Source of the DNA: a virus | Taxonomy: Duplodnaviria; Caudoviricetes | Virus record (IMG/VR): IMGVR_UViG_3300043423_000073 | Coordinates: 32,001-96,000 of that record | Length of the DNA stretch: 64,000 bases | Strand: one strand, 5' to 3' | Shown here: positions 9,356 through 18,815 of the stretch, piece by piece | How the letters are laid out: every line of letters starts with the position of its first letter | How positions within the stretch are numbered: the first letter of the stretch is position 1 | Made by a program: the position numbers and the translations under genes | The notes under the pieces: generated by a model | Database searches by the model: none | Seen by the model: only the letters and a program-made list of their open reading frames with translations | Told to the model about the DNA's origin: nothing

Positions 9356-10681
9356 TTAGATTAACGATTGGCTACCTGCCAGAATTGCTCGTGCAACGCT
9401 CGCAGGGGAACCATCTTGGGTTTTCGACTGCAGCAAGACTGCGCGTCGGGCGGGATTTGTGAGGGCAGCCGTGACCGAGGTCGTTGCCGACAAAGGCACA
9501 AGCTCATCTTCGTTTTCGTCAAACTCAGCGTCGACGTCAGTCAACCCATCGTCCAACTCAACTTCTTCTGAAACCATGTCGAGTGCCGACACGTAACCGT
9601 CACGGGCTTCTTCCGACATAGCGGCAAGGCGCTGAGCCAGAGTAACCATAGAGCGGCTGTAGTCAACACCGTGCTTTGCAAAGATCGATGTGACCAAACG
9701 ATCTGCATTGCGGAAGCCTGCGTGAGACAACTCGTTAACCAAGGCTGCTTTCAGGGGGTTCTGCACACCCTTGAAATAGTTGGTGTTGATACCAACTGCG
9801 GCGATAGCCAAAGATTGTTCAAGCGCTGCCTGCTGCTGCTTAGACGCGGTAAGGTGTTTCGCAGTCGCGGCCTGCACTTTTGATGCGACCAACTTTGCGG
9901 TAACCTTAGCGGCTTTCAGCTTCACGCGGGACAATTGCAAACCTGCTTGCAGGAGGCCTTTGCGGAGACCGGACTGCTCAACGTTTGCAACAATAGCGTC
10001 GTGGAACACTTGTTGTTGGTAAATGTCGGAAGCATTTGCTTTGCGTGCTGCGGCAGGGCCCATCGAGGCAATGATGCGGTTCGAACGAATCACGTGCAGA
10101 GCGTTGGCGCTGCAAGCAAAGTTCAACTCCTCACCGTCGACGTCGTCAGGCACTTCGTCCACGTCAACCAACGCGAGAGTTTCTTCCAGCGAGGTGTCTT
10201 CAAAGTCGGCCGCGTCGTCGTTGGCCTCAAGCTCAGCGTCGTCGTCGCTGTCTTCCAGTTCAGGCAGTTCCTCGGCGGTCAGTGCTTCAAACTCATCGCC
10301 TGTATCCAACACGTCGGTGTCAGTTGCAATGTCGTCCGAGAACTCGTCAAACTCGTCTTCGTCTGCGCCCGCCAAGGTAGGCACGTCGATGACAGGCATA
10401 CCGTCTTCGGTGTCCAGGTAGTTTTCACCTGGGTTCAAGTCGCCGTGTGTACGCAATGGGCCGTCCATTTCTTCGTCCACTACTAGCGAGTTTGCTGCAA
10501 CACGCTTGGGGCCTTTGTATTTCAAATCGTTGGTGGAGTGCGTGTAGCCGCTAGTTCGATCTTGTGGATCGATCAGCAGGTCCGCGCTCTGCAGATTCAA
10601 AAGACGTTGGTCCGAGCGCAGTGCGCGCTGGTCGGGAGTGTCACCCGAGTGCAGCGCGGAGCCTGCTAAAATCTTCGGCAT
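9356..10681 (-). CDS. putative prohead scaffold/core protein
   Basis: 441 aa with long acidic tracts and many [LVI]xA sites; between protease and capsid genes. Confidence 0.65.
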   Translation of the reverse strand: MPKILAGSALHSGDTPDQRALRSDQRLLNLQSADLLIDPQDRTSGYTHSTNDLKYKGPKRVAANSLVVDEEMDGPLRTHGDLNPGENYLDTEDGMPVIDVPTLAGADEDEFDEFSDDIATDTDVLDTGDEFEALTAEELPELEDSDDDAELEANDDAADFEDTSLEETLALVDVDEVPDDVDGEELNFACSANALHVIRSNRIIASMGPAAARKANASDIYQQQVFHDAIVANVEQSGLRKGLLQAGLQLSRVKLKAAKVTAKLVASKVQAATAKHLTASKQQQAALEQSLAIAAVGINTNYFKGVQNPLKAALVNELSHAGFRNADRLVTSIFAKHGVDYSRSMVTLAQRLAAMSEEARDGYVSALDMVSEEVELDDGLTDVDAEFDENEDELVPLSATTSVTAALTNPARRAVLLQSKTQDGSPASVARAILAGSQSLI

Positions 10682-10756
10682 AGTCTTCTCCTATTTGATA
10701 AACAAGGCGTAGGCTAAAGGAACCTAAAACGCCTCACGGGTGAGTTTTACCTCTAC

Positions 10757-10766
10757 CATAAAATTA
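10757..10766 (-). promoter_or_regulatory. putative late promoter TAATTTTATG
   Basis: Third copy, upstream of the scaffold-capsid operon. Confidence 0.7.
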
Positions 10767-10797
10767 GGGTGGTTTGATTTCCTAATCTTTCTGGTTT

Positions 10798-11265
10798 TCA
10801 GGCAAGGCCTTTTGCCTCGAAAGTGTCGATTGCCTTGTTGACAAAGGACTTGTACTTTGCCTGGTTGAACTTGCTGGCGCGGAACTCGTACGTCGTATTG
10901 AACCTGCCGAAGACTAAGGTGACGAAGCCAAGAGCGTCACCGGGCGTAAATTCAAACTCAAACGCAGCGTAAGAACCAGTCGTGTACCAGGTCACTTCAC
11001 CTGCAGACTGCTCGTGCGCCCGGTTGAACCCAAGATACGACTCCTTTTCAAACTCGACCTTACCCGTCATAGCTGCCGCGAAGCCAGCCTCGATTTCTTT
11101 GAGCGCCGCCGCCATTTCCTGCTTTGCGGCTTTGTACTCTCCCTTATAAACTTGCGCATCGGCATTACTTATGCGCACACCTGCTTTGAGCAAAGCCTCG
11201 CGGAAGGCTTTTGCATCGCCTTTGGCTGCGTTCAACTGAAGACGGGTTGCTGCTTGGAGTTTCAT
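10798..11265 (-). CDS. hypothetical protein, MKLQAATRL leader family; paralog of 1116..1595
   Basis: Direct sequence similarity to the 1116 ORF. Confidence 0.85.
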   Translation of the reverse strand: MKLQAATRLQLNAAKGDAKAFREALLKAGVRISNADAQVYKGEYKAAKQEMAAALKEIEAGFAAAMTGKVEFEKESYLGFNRAHEQSAGEVTWYTTGSYAAFEFEFTPGDALGFVTLVFGRFNTTYEFRASKFNQAKYKSFVNKAIDTFEAKGLA

Positions 11266-11283
11266 TTTGGTTTTTCCTTTGGT

Positions 11284-12027
11284 TTAACTTTGGAGGATAA
11301 CATCGCTTAGACAGGTTGTCCAAGCGGGCGTTTCTACGATGCTGTACTCTATCGGAGACAGACCGTAGGCATTCAGGTAAGCAAGTCGTGTCTTTCCCTC
11401 GTACTCGACAAACTTCCAATTCACCGACTTGGTGCTATGGATATGGCTGCAGTTGAGATTAGGATTGTCCGTAGACTCGTGGCCGCAGACAGAGCATCGA
11501 AAGAAGTCGGCAAGGCAGCCCATAGAGCCTGTGTTGATTTTCCTGTCCATTACCTTTTGGGCAAGCTCAGGGTCTTTGGTCTTCGACACTCCGATCAGTC
11601 CGTAAACTGCCCAGTGATTGCCGTCACCAAAGCCCTGAATACGACGAAACGACGTATCGAAGATAACGCCTTTGGCTTTCAACGGGTCTTCGTTGTCGTG
11701 CTCCTCATGCACAGGGCAACCCGCCCAGGCTTTGAAAACCTGTCGGTTCATAGGCGGTGGGCCAAACTTGACCAGCTCCTCTGTGGGGAAGCCGATGCCG
11801 TTCCTGTTAGGCAGGTTAGACGGACAGATCATGTGGTTAGTCACCACGTAGTCTTCAATTTGTCCTGGCAGGTTGTATGCCTTGGACGCAAAAGGCAGCC
11901 ATGACAGATCAAGCTTACCTGCAACGGCAACTTCTTTCTCCAAGTCCATCGGCTTGTCAAGCGTTGCCGACGACACCATTGGCGCCGTGCGAAGGACTTT
12001 TCTTTGATAGGCGGCAGGTACTCTCAT
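11284..12027 (-). CDS. putative prohead protease with Zn-ribbon insert
   Basis: NRNG...F, HEEH, GSMGC-CSVCG-CSH, EYSIVETPAW; located upstream of scaffold and capsid genes. Confidence 0.7.
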   Translation of the reverse strand: MRVPAAYQRKVLRTAPMVSSATLDKPMDLEKEVAVAGKLDLSWLPFASKAYNLPGQIEDYVVTNHMICPSNLPNRNGIGFPTEELVKFGPPPMNRQVFKAWAGCPVHEEHDNEDPLKAKGVIFDTSFRRIQGFGDGNHWAVYGLIGVSKTKDPELAQKVMDRKINTGSMGCLADFFRCSVCGHESTDNPNLNCSHIHSTKSVNWKFVEYEGKTRLAYLNAYGLSPIEYSIVETPAWTTCLSDVILQS

Positions 12028-12401
12028 GTGGTCACCACGTAGGCTATTGCTGCGGTTTGAAAATTCAACCGCAGCGCAATCACAAAATGAGGCAAGGCCA
12101 GGAAGGCACCAGGTGCGGCTGTACCCATCAGCACCCAGTGGTCTCCAGAGTCATGCGACGGATTTAAGGCCAAGTCGGGGTCGGCTAGCGTCCCAAACAC
12201 TTGCACTGTACCGCCGCTTGCCTGAATGACAATGTCCGAGCCGCCTGAGTTTGCATAGTCGTTTGCGTTAAGGCGAGCAACGTCTCCTGCGGCACCAACA
12301 ACAGTTAGGTGACCGCAGAAGAGCTTATGCCGACCGACGCCCGACCCACTACGCACACTGACTTTGCCAGGTACTGCATTGGGTAGGACAGCGGCGCTCA
12401 C
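12024..12401 (-). CDS. hypothetical virion protein
   Basis: 125 aa, overlaps both neighbours (coupled). Confidence 0.7.
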   Translation of the reverse strand: MSAAVLPNAVPGKVSVRSGSGVGRHKLFCGHLTVVGAAGDVARLNANDYANSGGSDIVIQASGGTVQVFGTLADPDLALNPSHDSGDHWVLMGTAAPGAFLALPHFVIALRLNFQTAAIAYVVTT

Positions 12402-12880
12402 GATTGGTCGTCCTCAGGGTCGGCGTCAACCACCGTGCTCTCAACCACGCCGCTGTCGTCTGCGGGTTCTGCTGGTGCCGCGGGCGCCAAGACCTCTTCC
12501 GCAGGTGCTTCCACTGCGTCAGGGGCGGCAGGAGTGTCGATTTCGGCAGTGGCTTCGGTGGCCGCGGCAAGGGCGTCAGTGCCAACTTCGCCACCCACAA
12601 CCTCGCCTGCGCCAGTGCTGCCAACTTCCCCAACAACTCCGCCAACTTCAACTTCCCCCACAACTTCGCCTGCGTCGGCTTCGGTGGCAGCAGCCAAGGG
12701 CGCCTGAGGTGTGGGCGTGCCATCACCGTAGGGATCGTCGATCAGATCATCCATCTTTCGACCGTGGACTGCGAGCAGACCGCGCAGCTGAGTGAAGTCG
12801 CTGCCGGTGAGGTGGGGACCCTCGGAAGGTGTGCCACCACACTCGGTAATAAACTCTTTGGCTTTTGCGTAACTAGGCAT
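12398..12880 (-). CDS. acidic Ala/Glu-rich hypothetical protein
   Basis: 160 aa with GEVVG repeats; RBS AGGAG. Confidence 0.7.
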   Translation of the reverse strand: MPSYAKAKEFITECGGTPSEGPHLTGSDFTQLRGLLAVHGRKMDDLIDDPYGDGTPTPQAPLAAATEADAGEVVGEVEVGGVVGEVGSTGAGEVVGGEVGTDALAAATEATAEIDTPAAPDAVEAPAEEVLAPAAPAEPADDSGVVESTVVDADPEDDQS

Positions 12881-12891
12881 GATTGCTCCTT

Positions 12892-15800
12892 TTATTCAAC
12901 AATGAGGTCCAAGGTCGAATCCGACTTTGGCATTACTTTTCTAACAGAGCGGACTGCCTTGTTCAGCTCGTCTTTGTTAGACACGGTTACTCCCAGCAGC
13001 TCTAGGTCCTCCACCACCTTCTTTGCTGCATCGAGGCTGTTCACAAACATTGACACATTGTTCTCGACAATGTACCACATAGTCCCGGGCACCTTGTACT
13101 TGGGCGAAATGGCAAGACGGGTTGCTGGGAACGCCGCACCGTACGGCAAGCACAAGTATGCAATGCCGTAAGCTGGCGTAGTTCCTTCTTTCTCCGCCTT
13201 CTTGTTATTGCGAGGGTCAGACAGACCGCCGTCGGTAACAATACCAAAAATGTTCAGCATCATTTTGTCAGGCTGAGGCTTAAACATTTTCCGCATGTAG
13301 TTGGCAAAGGAGCCTGTGGTCCGCACATAGTGCTTCGCCGTTCTCAGCGCACCGGTTGCAAGCTCTTGGGCCAGCAACGCCAAGCTGTCATTGTCCACTT
13401 CCTTCGTGGTGTTAAACCCGGCCTCGGCCCAAACACGCGCCTGCTTAATGAGGTGAGCATGATTTCGCAACCGTGTCTCTACATAAGGCTGGTCGTATTT
13501 GAAACCCACAGACTGAAGAGCCGCAATAGCATCTTTGTCACCGTCATCATAAGCGATACGCATGTAACCGTTAACGATGCTAAGGTGCAGACCAACCGAC
13601 ATAGCAGCTTTCTGCTTTTTCTTAGCTTTTGCATTACGCCTTTCTTCCTCTTTGCGTACCGCCTCTTGCTCTAACCGCTCCTTCTTGGTCAAGGGGCGCA
13701 GCTTCACAATAGGTGCAGGCACGGTGATTTCGCCAGTGACTGGGAGCCCTGCGGCCTTGGCCAGCTTGTTGCGCATGTCCACGCTGTTGGTCTCCTTGCG
13801 TGTCACCACGAACACTTTGGTGGCCCAACCTTGCGAGATCAAACTTCCGTCATCCAGCCGTACAGTGACGCGGTCGACACCCACAGACTTGCTACGACTA
13901 CCGCCACCGATAATCACGCCATCGCCGACCTCAGTGTGGCAGCGCATACCGACAATCTTAGCAAGCTGGGCCTGCACCAATGCGTCGTCTTTGCCGCCGC
14001 CGCCGTCCCCCTCGTCTGCGGAGTCGTCCTCGTCGGAGACGTCAACAACGTCATTGCCAAGGTAGTTATCCAATCGCACCAAGCCGAGTTCTTCCTTGGA
14101 GTAAAGGTCGGTGCCTTTTGCGTAGGGCACGCGGGACAAAAGCGCACACTCAGGAGGAGTTGGTGCTCGCTTAATGTTGGTGAGCTTGAACCCGCCCTGC
14201 TCTTCAATCTCCTTGCGATACGCGGCATAGTCGTCTTTGATAACGCGATTCAGCAAAGACATGCTGTCTTGGTACTGCTTAATGTTGCTATCAAAGTCAT
14301 TCATTGTGCGAATGTTATCCAGCGTCATCTTGAACACTGGGATATCCGGGATAGCCTGGTAGGCCTCATCCGTAGGGTTCTCAAACTTGGCAACTGCAAG
14401 CATCTTTGCACGAAGGCGTGCAGCTTTCGTAACGTCGATAGTTGCATCAGCGACGATTGTGTCGAACAACAGCATATCGCGCTTGTCACCGCCTTCACCA
14501 AACTTGGGACGCTCGACTCGCGAGTCACCCTGCTCTTGCTCGCCAGGATTCCAACAACCTTCGACACGAATGAGGTAGCCAGCTGCTTGCAAGTTTAACC
14601 CCACCTCCATAGAGTGGCGAATACCAATCATCCAGCGCACCTTAGGATTGGTCTTAAACTTGTTGATAAGACTTACCTTGTCGCCGGCCTCGTACATGAG
14701 ACCCTGAGCGCGAAGGTCATCCGGCAGCTGTTCCCACAATGCCCGCACGGAAGGTTTCTGATTGGCAAACACAATGACTTTTGAGGTCTTTGTGCTCAAC
14801 CATTCACGAATACGCGCTTCGAGTTCGACGGCTTTGGGAGAGCGGAGATCATCACCGGTCAAAGGAGGGTGGCGGGTTTCCTGCCCTGTTTCCTCGTCAA
14901 CTCGCACCCAGCCGTTCATAGCGTAAGGGTGGTCGGCGGGGTTAGACACAAAACGCTCAAGCGCGGAAATGTGTGGCTGCAAAGCCGCACCAATGTCGTT
15001 GCTGTCGTCAAGCAAGTCCTCAACGGTATCGCCGGAGTCACCTGCCTCGTCGTCGCCTAAATCACCAAAGTCGTCTTCGTCCTGCTTCGACGCTTTCTTG
15101 CCTGTCAGCTTTTCCAGCAATGCGCGAGCTTTCTTGTCCTTGGACGCCTCAGCCTTTAACGAGGCCACCATGTCGTCAAACAGCGCATCGTAGCACTCAC
15201 GTTGGCGCGGCGTCAAAGTGACCTTAATCATGCGGTCAGTGCGAGGAGGCAAGGCCGCCGCCCATTCACGACGTTTTGCCGTACACCAAACCGCGTTCTG
15301 CTTAACCGTGCCCATGACGATACCGCCAGCGTTAGGCATCCAACGTGTAACCCGACCGGAGCCAGAGTATTTGATTTCTGGGTGAGCAAAGCGAGTGTTG
15401 AACTCTTCCTTGTCACCGACGATGGAGGGGTCAAGCAAGGCCAACTGACCAGGCAGGTCAGAAGGACTGTCGGGGCTTAACGTGCCAGTGGCAATGCGCT
15501 TTTTCGGAATTGCAGCAACCAAGGAGCGAACAGCAATGGAGGTGGCCGTCTTCAAGTTTTTCAGCATGTGCGACTCATCCATCATCGCGTAGCCGGGCTT
15601 GAACTTCCGAATCATCTCCACGACAGGGAACACGGTCACAGTGGCGGTGCCATAAACCGCGCTTTGCTGACCGTACTTTAACACGCCGTAGTCCACAACC
15701 AGCACCGTGTTGAGCGGGGCGGCTTCTAGGATCTGCTCATACCGAGCATAGCCCGAGCTCTTAATGTTGTCTGTGGTGAAGGGAATCACGTTGACCGAGC

Positions 15801-17637
15801 CGTCAGTAAACTCGACAATCTCGCTGACGTAGTTGGGCACCAAGTGACCAGGGCACATTAAGAGATAGGGCGCACTGCGGTTTGCCTTGATCTCGTACAA
15901 GATGTCTGTGATGGACAACAGAGATTTACCACCGCCGGCCTTAACGTCGATAACCGCAATGTCGGGGCTGTCCTTGAGCAAGTTGCGCACGCGTGCTTGG
16001 TGAGGCAGCAACCCGCCATCGGTTTCAAAGTTCTTTGTGATAAGTGGGGCGTCAGGTGGCGTCCAATTTGGATCGATGCTCTGGGAAAGAGACGCCTTCT
16101 TCTGGGTGTCCGCCTGAGCCTGAGTCTCAGACATCTGTCCGCCGTAAGCATTCAGCATCTTGGCCATACCAAGCTTCAACATGACGGTCGTAACAGCGTA
16201 GTCCACGTTGAGGCGCTCAATGTTGGTCTCCATTGCGGGCACCACCGCGCGAATAAAGCGAACCAAGGGACGATAAAAATCGTAGTTAGGGTCGCTTGTG
16301 AGGTCGCGGTAGTTTGCAACAGCCAGCCGCTCTTCTTTGCTGCCGTTAGCGAGTTTGCCAATAAAGGCGCCGTACACGTCAGCGATGGGCAAGTCTTTAT
16401 TGTTTTCCAGGAACGCCAGATTAATTCCTGGCTGAGGTGCAAAATCACCGTAGCTGACGTAGTTGCTCATCTTCGCGGTCACGCCGATGCGCGATGCGGC
16501 GGACTGCAAAAAGCTTATCAACGGAGTCACACCCTCAAAGCTACCGCCGTCACGACGAATAACGTTTAGGGCGGAAGCCGCGGTGCACTTGCGCACATGC
16601 TCGAGCGGCAGCACCTGAATGTTGCCGTTACTGTCGGTGTAGGCAAACTTCAAGTTCACCCAATCGGTGAGGACTGGAATGTTGACAGGCAGTTTTGCCT
16701 TTCGCATATTCTCCACGTCGTCATCCGAGGCCAAGGAGAAGCTGCCGTCAGAGTTGCCACCAACACTCGAAAGCATCGTCTCGTACTTTTCGGTGCTGTC
16801 GTGCTCGGCAGGAATGTACAGAGGCAGACCGTCAGAGGAGATGGCAAGGTTATGTTGGTCGACTTGGCGATCTTCGGCCTTGGTCGCAGGCAACGAACGT
16901 GCAATGCGAGTAACGCTTGTTGCGGACTTGCCGTACTTCTTCGGCACATAAGCCGCGTCGGCCCAAGCTGCGATAAGAGGATGCATGTCGACAGGACGAA
17001 TGGTCACCCAATCGGTGTTGGTCATGTATTCGCACTCTGTCGGCTGCGCTTTCAACACGCAGTAGACGTAGCGATTACGAACTTCCAGGCCAACAAGGCA
17101 CTCTTTCAACATGCCGGCAACATGCGCAGGAAACTTTCCGTTCTGCAGAATGACTGAGGCAGGGATCTTGCGGCCCACCGAGAACTCTTGCAGAATGTCG
17201 GTGGCGACGGTGGAGGAAGAGAACAGCTTCCAGGTTGCAGCAAGCTGGTCCACCTTGCACAGAGGCAAGTGGATTTCAAAATGACCATCCGCACCCAACA
17301 CCTTGCGGACGGATGCGAAGCGACCAATGTGATCATCAAGACGACGAACCTTTGCCCAGGAGTTGAGGCTTGTGCGACCGGAAGATTCTTCCTCTGCGCC
17401 TTCCGCATTCTTTTCTGGTCGCCGGAGTTTAAGGCGGGTGAGAGGAATCGCAGTAGCGTCTGGGTGCGCACTGAACAGGAGTCGCATGAAGAGGGAAGTA
17501 GGATCAACCCCGGTGTAGGTCTTGAGGAACATGCCCAAGAACGAAGACTTTTTTGCGTCCTTGCTCAATGCGTATTCTGCGTTAGGCTTGAGGGAAGAAC
17601 CCGTGCCGTGTTTTTGGAAGGCAAGCAATGTGCTCAT
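12892..17637 (-). CDS. large SNF2/SWI2-family ATPase/helicase
   Basis: LLPHQ, AGGGKS (Walker A), MDESH (Walker B), ATGT, VGLNLQAA, WNPG...QGDSRVER. Start moved to ATG 17637 (ATGA overlap). Confidence 0.88.
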   Translation of the reverse strand: MSTLLAFQKHGTGSSLKPNAEYALSKDAKKSSFLGMFLKTYTGVDPTSLFMRLLFSAHPDATAIPLTRLKLRRPEKNAEGAEEESSGRTSLNSWAKVRRLDDHIGRFASVRKVLGADGHFEIHLPLCKVDQLAATWKLFSSSTVATDILQEFSVGRKIPASVILQNGKFPAHVAGMLKECLVGLEVRNRYVYCVLKAQPTECEYMTNTDWVTIRPVDMHPLIAAWADAAYVPKKYGKSATSVTRIARSLPATKAEDRQVDQHNLAISSDGLPLYIPAEHDSTEKYETMLSSVGGNSDGSFSLASDDDVENMRKAKLPVNIPVLTDWVNLKFAYTDSNGNIQVLPLEHVRKCTAASALNVIRRDGGSFEGVTPLISFLQSAASRIGVTAKMSNYVSYGDFAPQPGINLAFLENNKDLPIADVYGAFIGKLANGSKEERLAVANYRDLTSDPNYDFYRPLVRFIRAVVPAMETNIERLNVDYAVTTVMLKLGMAKMLNAYGGQMSETQAQADTQKKASLSQSIDPNWTPPDAPLITKNFETDGGLLPHQARVRNLLKDSPDIAVIDVKAGGGKSLLSITDILYEIKANRSAPYLLMCPGHLVPNYVSEIVEFTDGSVNVIPFTTDNIKSSGYARYEQILEAAPLNTVLVVDYGVLKYGQQSAVYGTATVTVFPVVEMIRKFKPGYAMMDESHMLKNLKTATSIAVRSLVAAIPKKRIATGTLSPDSPSDLPGQLALLDPSIVGDKEEFNTRFAHPEIKYSGSGRVTRWMPNAGGIVMGTVKQNAVWCTAKRREWAAALPPRTDRMIKVTLTPRQRECYDALFDDMVASLKAEASKDKKARALLEKLTGKKASKQDEDDFGDLGDDEAGDSGDTVEDLLDDSNDIGAALQPHISALERFVSNPADHPYAMNGWVRVDEETGQETRHPPLTGDDLRSPKAVELEARIREWLSTKTSKVIVFANQKPSVRALWEQLPDDLRAQGLMYEAGDKVSLINKFKTNPKVRWMIGIRHSMEVGLNLQAAGYLIRVEGCWNPGEQEQGDSRVERPKFGEGGDKRDMLLFDTIVADATIDVTKAARLRAKMLAVAKFENPTDEAYQAIPDIPVFKMTLDNIRTMNDFDSNIKQYQDSMSLLNRVIKDDYAAYRKEIEEQGGFKLTNIKRAPTPPECALLSRVPYAKGTDLYSKEELGLVRLDNYLGNDVVDVSDEDDSADEGDGGGGKDDALVQAQLAKIVGMRCHTEVGDGVIIGGGSRSKSVGVDRVTVRLDDGSLISQGWATKVFVVTRKETNSVDMRNKLAKAAGLPVTGEITVPAPIVKLRPLTKKERLEQEAVRKEEERRNAKAKKKQKAAMSVGLHLSIVNGYMRIAYDDGDKDAIAALQSVGFKYDQPYVETRLRNHAHLIKQARVWAEAGFNTTKEVDNDSLALLAQELATGALRTAKHYVRTTGSFANYMRKMFKPQPDKMMLNIFGIVTDGGLSDPRNNKKAEKEGTTPAYGIAYLCLPYGAAFPATRLAISPKYKVPGTMWYIVENNVSMFVNSLDAAKKVVEDLELLGVTVSNKDELNKAVRSVRKVMPKSDSTLDLIVE

Positions 17638-18254
17638 ATTTGAAGAGGCCTCGTGTTTAATGGTCTGCGTGCTGATGCAACGGGCAACCAAAGTTGATTT
17701 AATATGTACCGCTCGTCTGTCAGTGAGTGCTGAGCAGCGGGAAGCATTGGGCAGTTAATCGTGTAGCCTATGACCCAACGATGCCGCTCGCAAATCATTG
17801 GGTTGTAGACAAAGAATGTCGTCGCAGGATCAATGACCAGGACCGTTCGGCGTTGCTGCCGAATACGCTTGAAGCGATACGGAAGTGGAATGGCCTTGAC
17901 CCAGTTCTCAAAGGTTGGGTCGGCAGTAACCTGCACAGACACAGTGAGGCGAAACCCGCCTGGATAGAACTCAACCTGCCTCACAGGTCGGCGCCGGTAG
18001 ACAACCGGGGCAAGAAAGTCTGTCAGGTTGATGAAGCGAACAACGCGGGCGCGACGTCTGGCAAGAAAGTTACGCACGTCGCTGTTACCGACGGTGCTGC
18101 GTGAGTACGGCTCGATGCCAGCCTCGTAGCAAAGCTCCTCGAAGCGCCTATGTATGCTGTCCTCCGCCTGATTGTCAGTTTCAAACGCCGCCATCCACAA
18201 CTCAATCGCTGCGGGGTTCACATGCTTTGGTGGACGAAGAGGATGCAGAATCAT
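17634..18254 (-). CDS. hypothetical protein
   Basis: 206 aa, coupled to both neighbours. Confidence 0.7.
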   Translation of the reverse strand: MILHPLRPPKHVNPAAIELWMAAFETDNQAEDSIHRRFEELCYEAGIEPYSRSTVGNSDVRNFLARRRARVVRFINLTDFLAPVVYRRRPVRQVEFYPGGFRLTVSVQVTADPTFENWVKAIPLPYRFKRIRQQRRTVLVIDPATTFFVYNPMICERHRWVIGYTINCPMLPAAQHSLTDERYILNQLWLPVASARRPLNTRPLQI

Positions 18255-18463
18255 AGGGGATCGAGCAGCATGTTGCGACTTACGTCATCCATCAACAATG
18301 GTTGCTCTTCTGCTGGCTCGATAGAGCCGTCGTCAGTGGTGAGCAGCTGGATCTCAGGTGTCTCTTCGGTATGCTGGTCTGTGAGCAAGTTGACGTAGGT
18401 ATCAGGGGAGGCAGCAGGCTGTTCCCTTGAGGCGTAAAGACGTGATGCAGCGTTGAGTCTCAT
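18251..18463 (-). CDS. small protein with MRLNAASRLYA leader
   Basis: 70 aa, RBS GGAGG, leader motif. Confidence 0.7.
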   Translation of the reverse strand: MRLNAASRLYASREQPAASPDTYVNLLTDQHTEETPEIQLLTTDDGSIEPAEEQPLLMDDVSRNMLLDPL

Positions 18464-18476
18464 TCAATATCCTCCC

Positions 18477-18776
18477 TTAGCGATTAATGTGGTTGTGACG
18501 TTGCTTATGGCAGGACTCACAAATGCTGATAAGGTTTGACATTGTGGTGCTGCCTCCCCTCGATAGCGGAATCACGTGATGCACTTCCTTGGCAGGCGCA
18601 CCACAGGCAGCACCGTTTTTGCGCACTCTGCACCTACCACCGTCCCGCTTGATAACGGATGCCCGCATGTCCCACCAACTACCTGACTCAAGAGAGGAGT
18701 AAGAAGCGCGTACAATGCGAGCAGTGCCGTTTTTGTTTTTCAGAACTTTGGGTTTGGTGAACTTACTCCAGGCCAT
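18477..18776 (-). CDS. HNH endonuclease
   Basis: RDGGRC...EVHHVIPLSRGG...NLISICESCH. Confidence 0.9.
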   Translation of the reverse strand: MAWSKFTKPKVLKNKNGTARIVRASYSSLESGSWWDMRASVIKRDGGRCRVRKNGAACGAPAKEVHHVIPLSRGGSTTMSNLISICESCHKQRHNHINR

Positions 18777-18801
18777 ACATACAACCTCACCATTTCTATG
18801 G

Positions 18802-18811
18802 CATAAAATTA
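18802..18811 (-). promoter_or_regulatory. putative late promoter TAATTTTATG
   Basis: Fourth copy, upstream of the HNH gene. Confidence 0.7.
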
Positions 18812-18815
18812 GTGT

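Noticed and set aside
7694-9364. 556-aa plus-strand ORF and similar antisense ORFs (4221, 12404, 13831, 50146, 63237)
   Set aside because: Shadow frames of strongly codon-biased genes on the opposite strand
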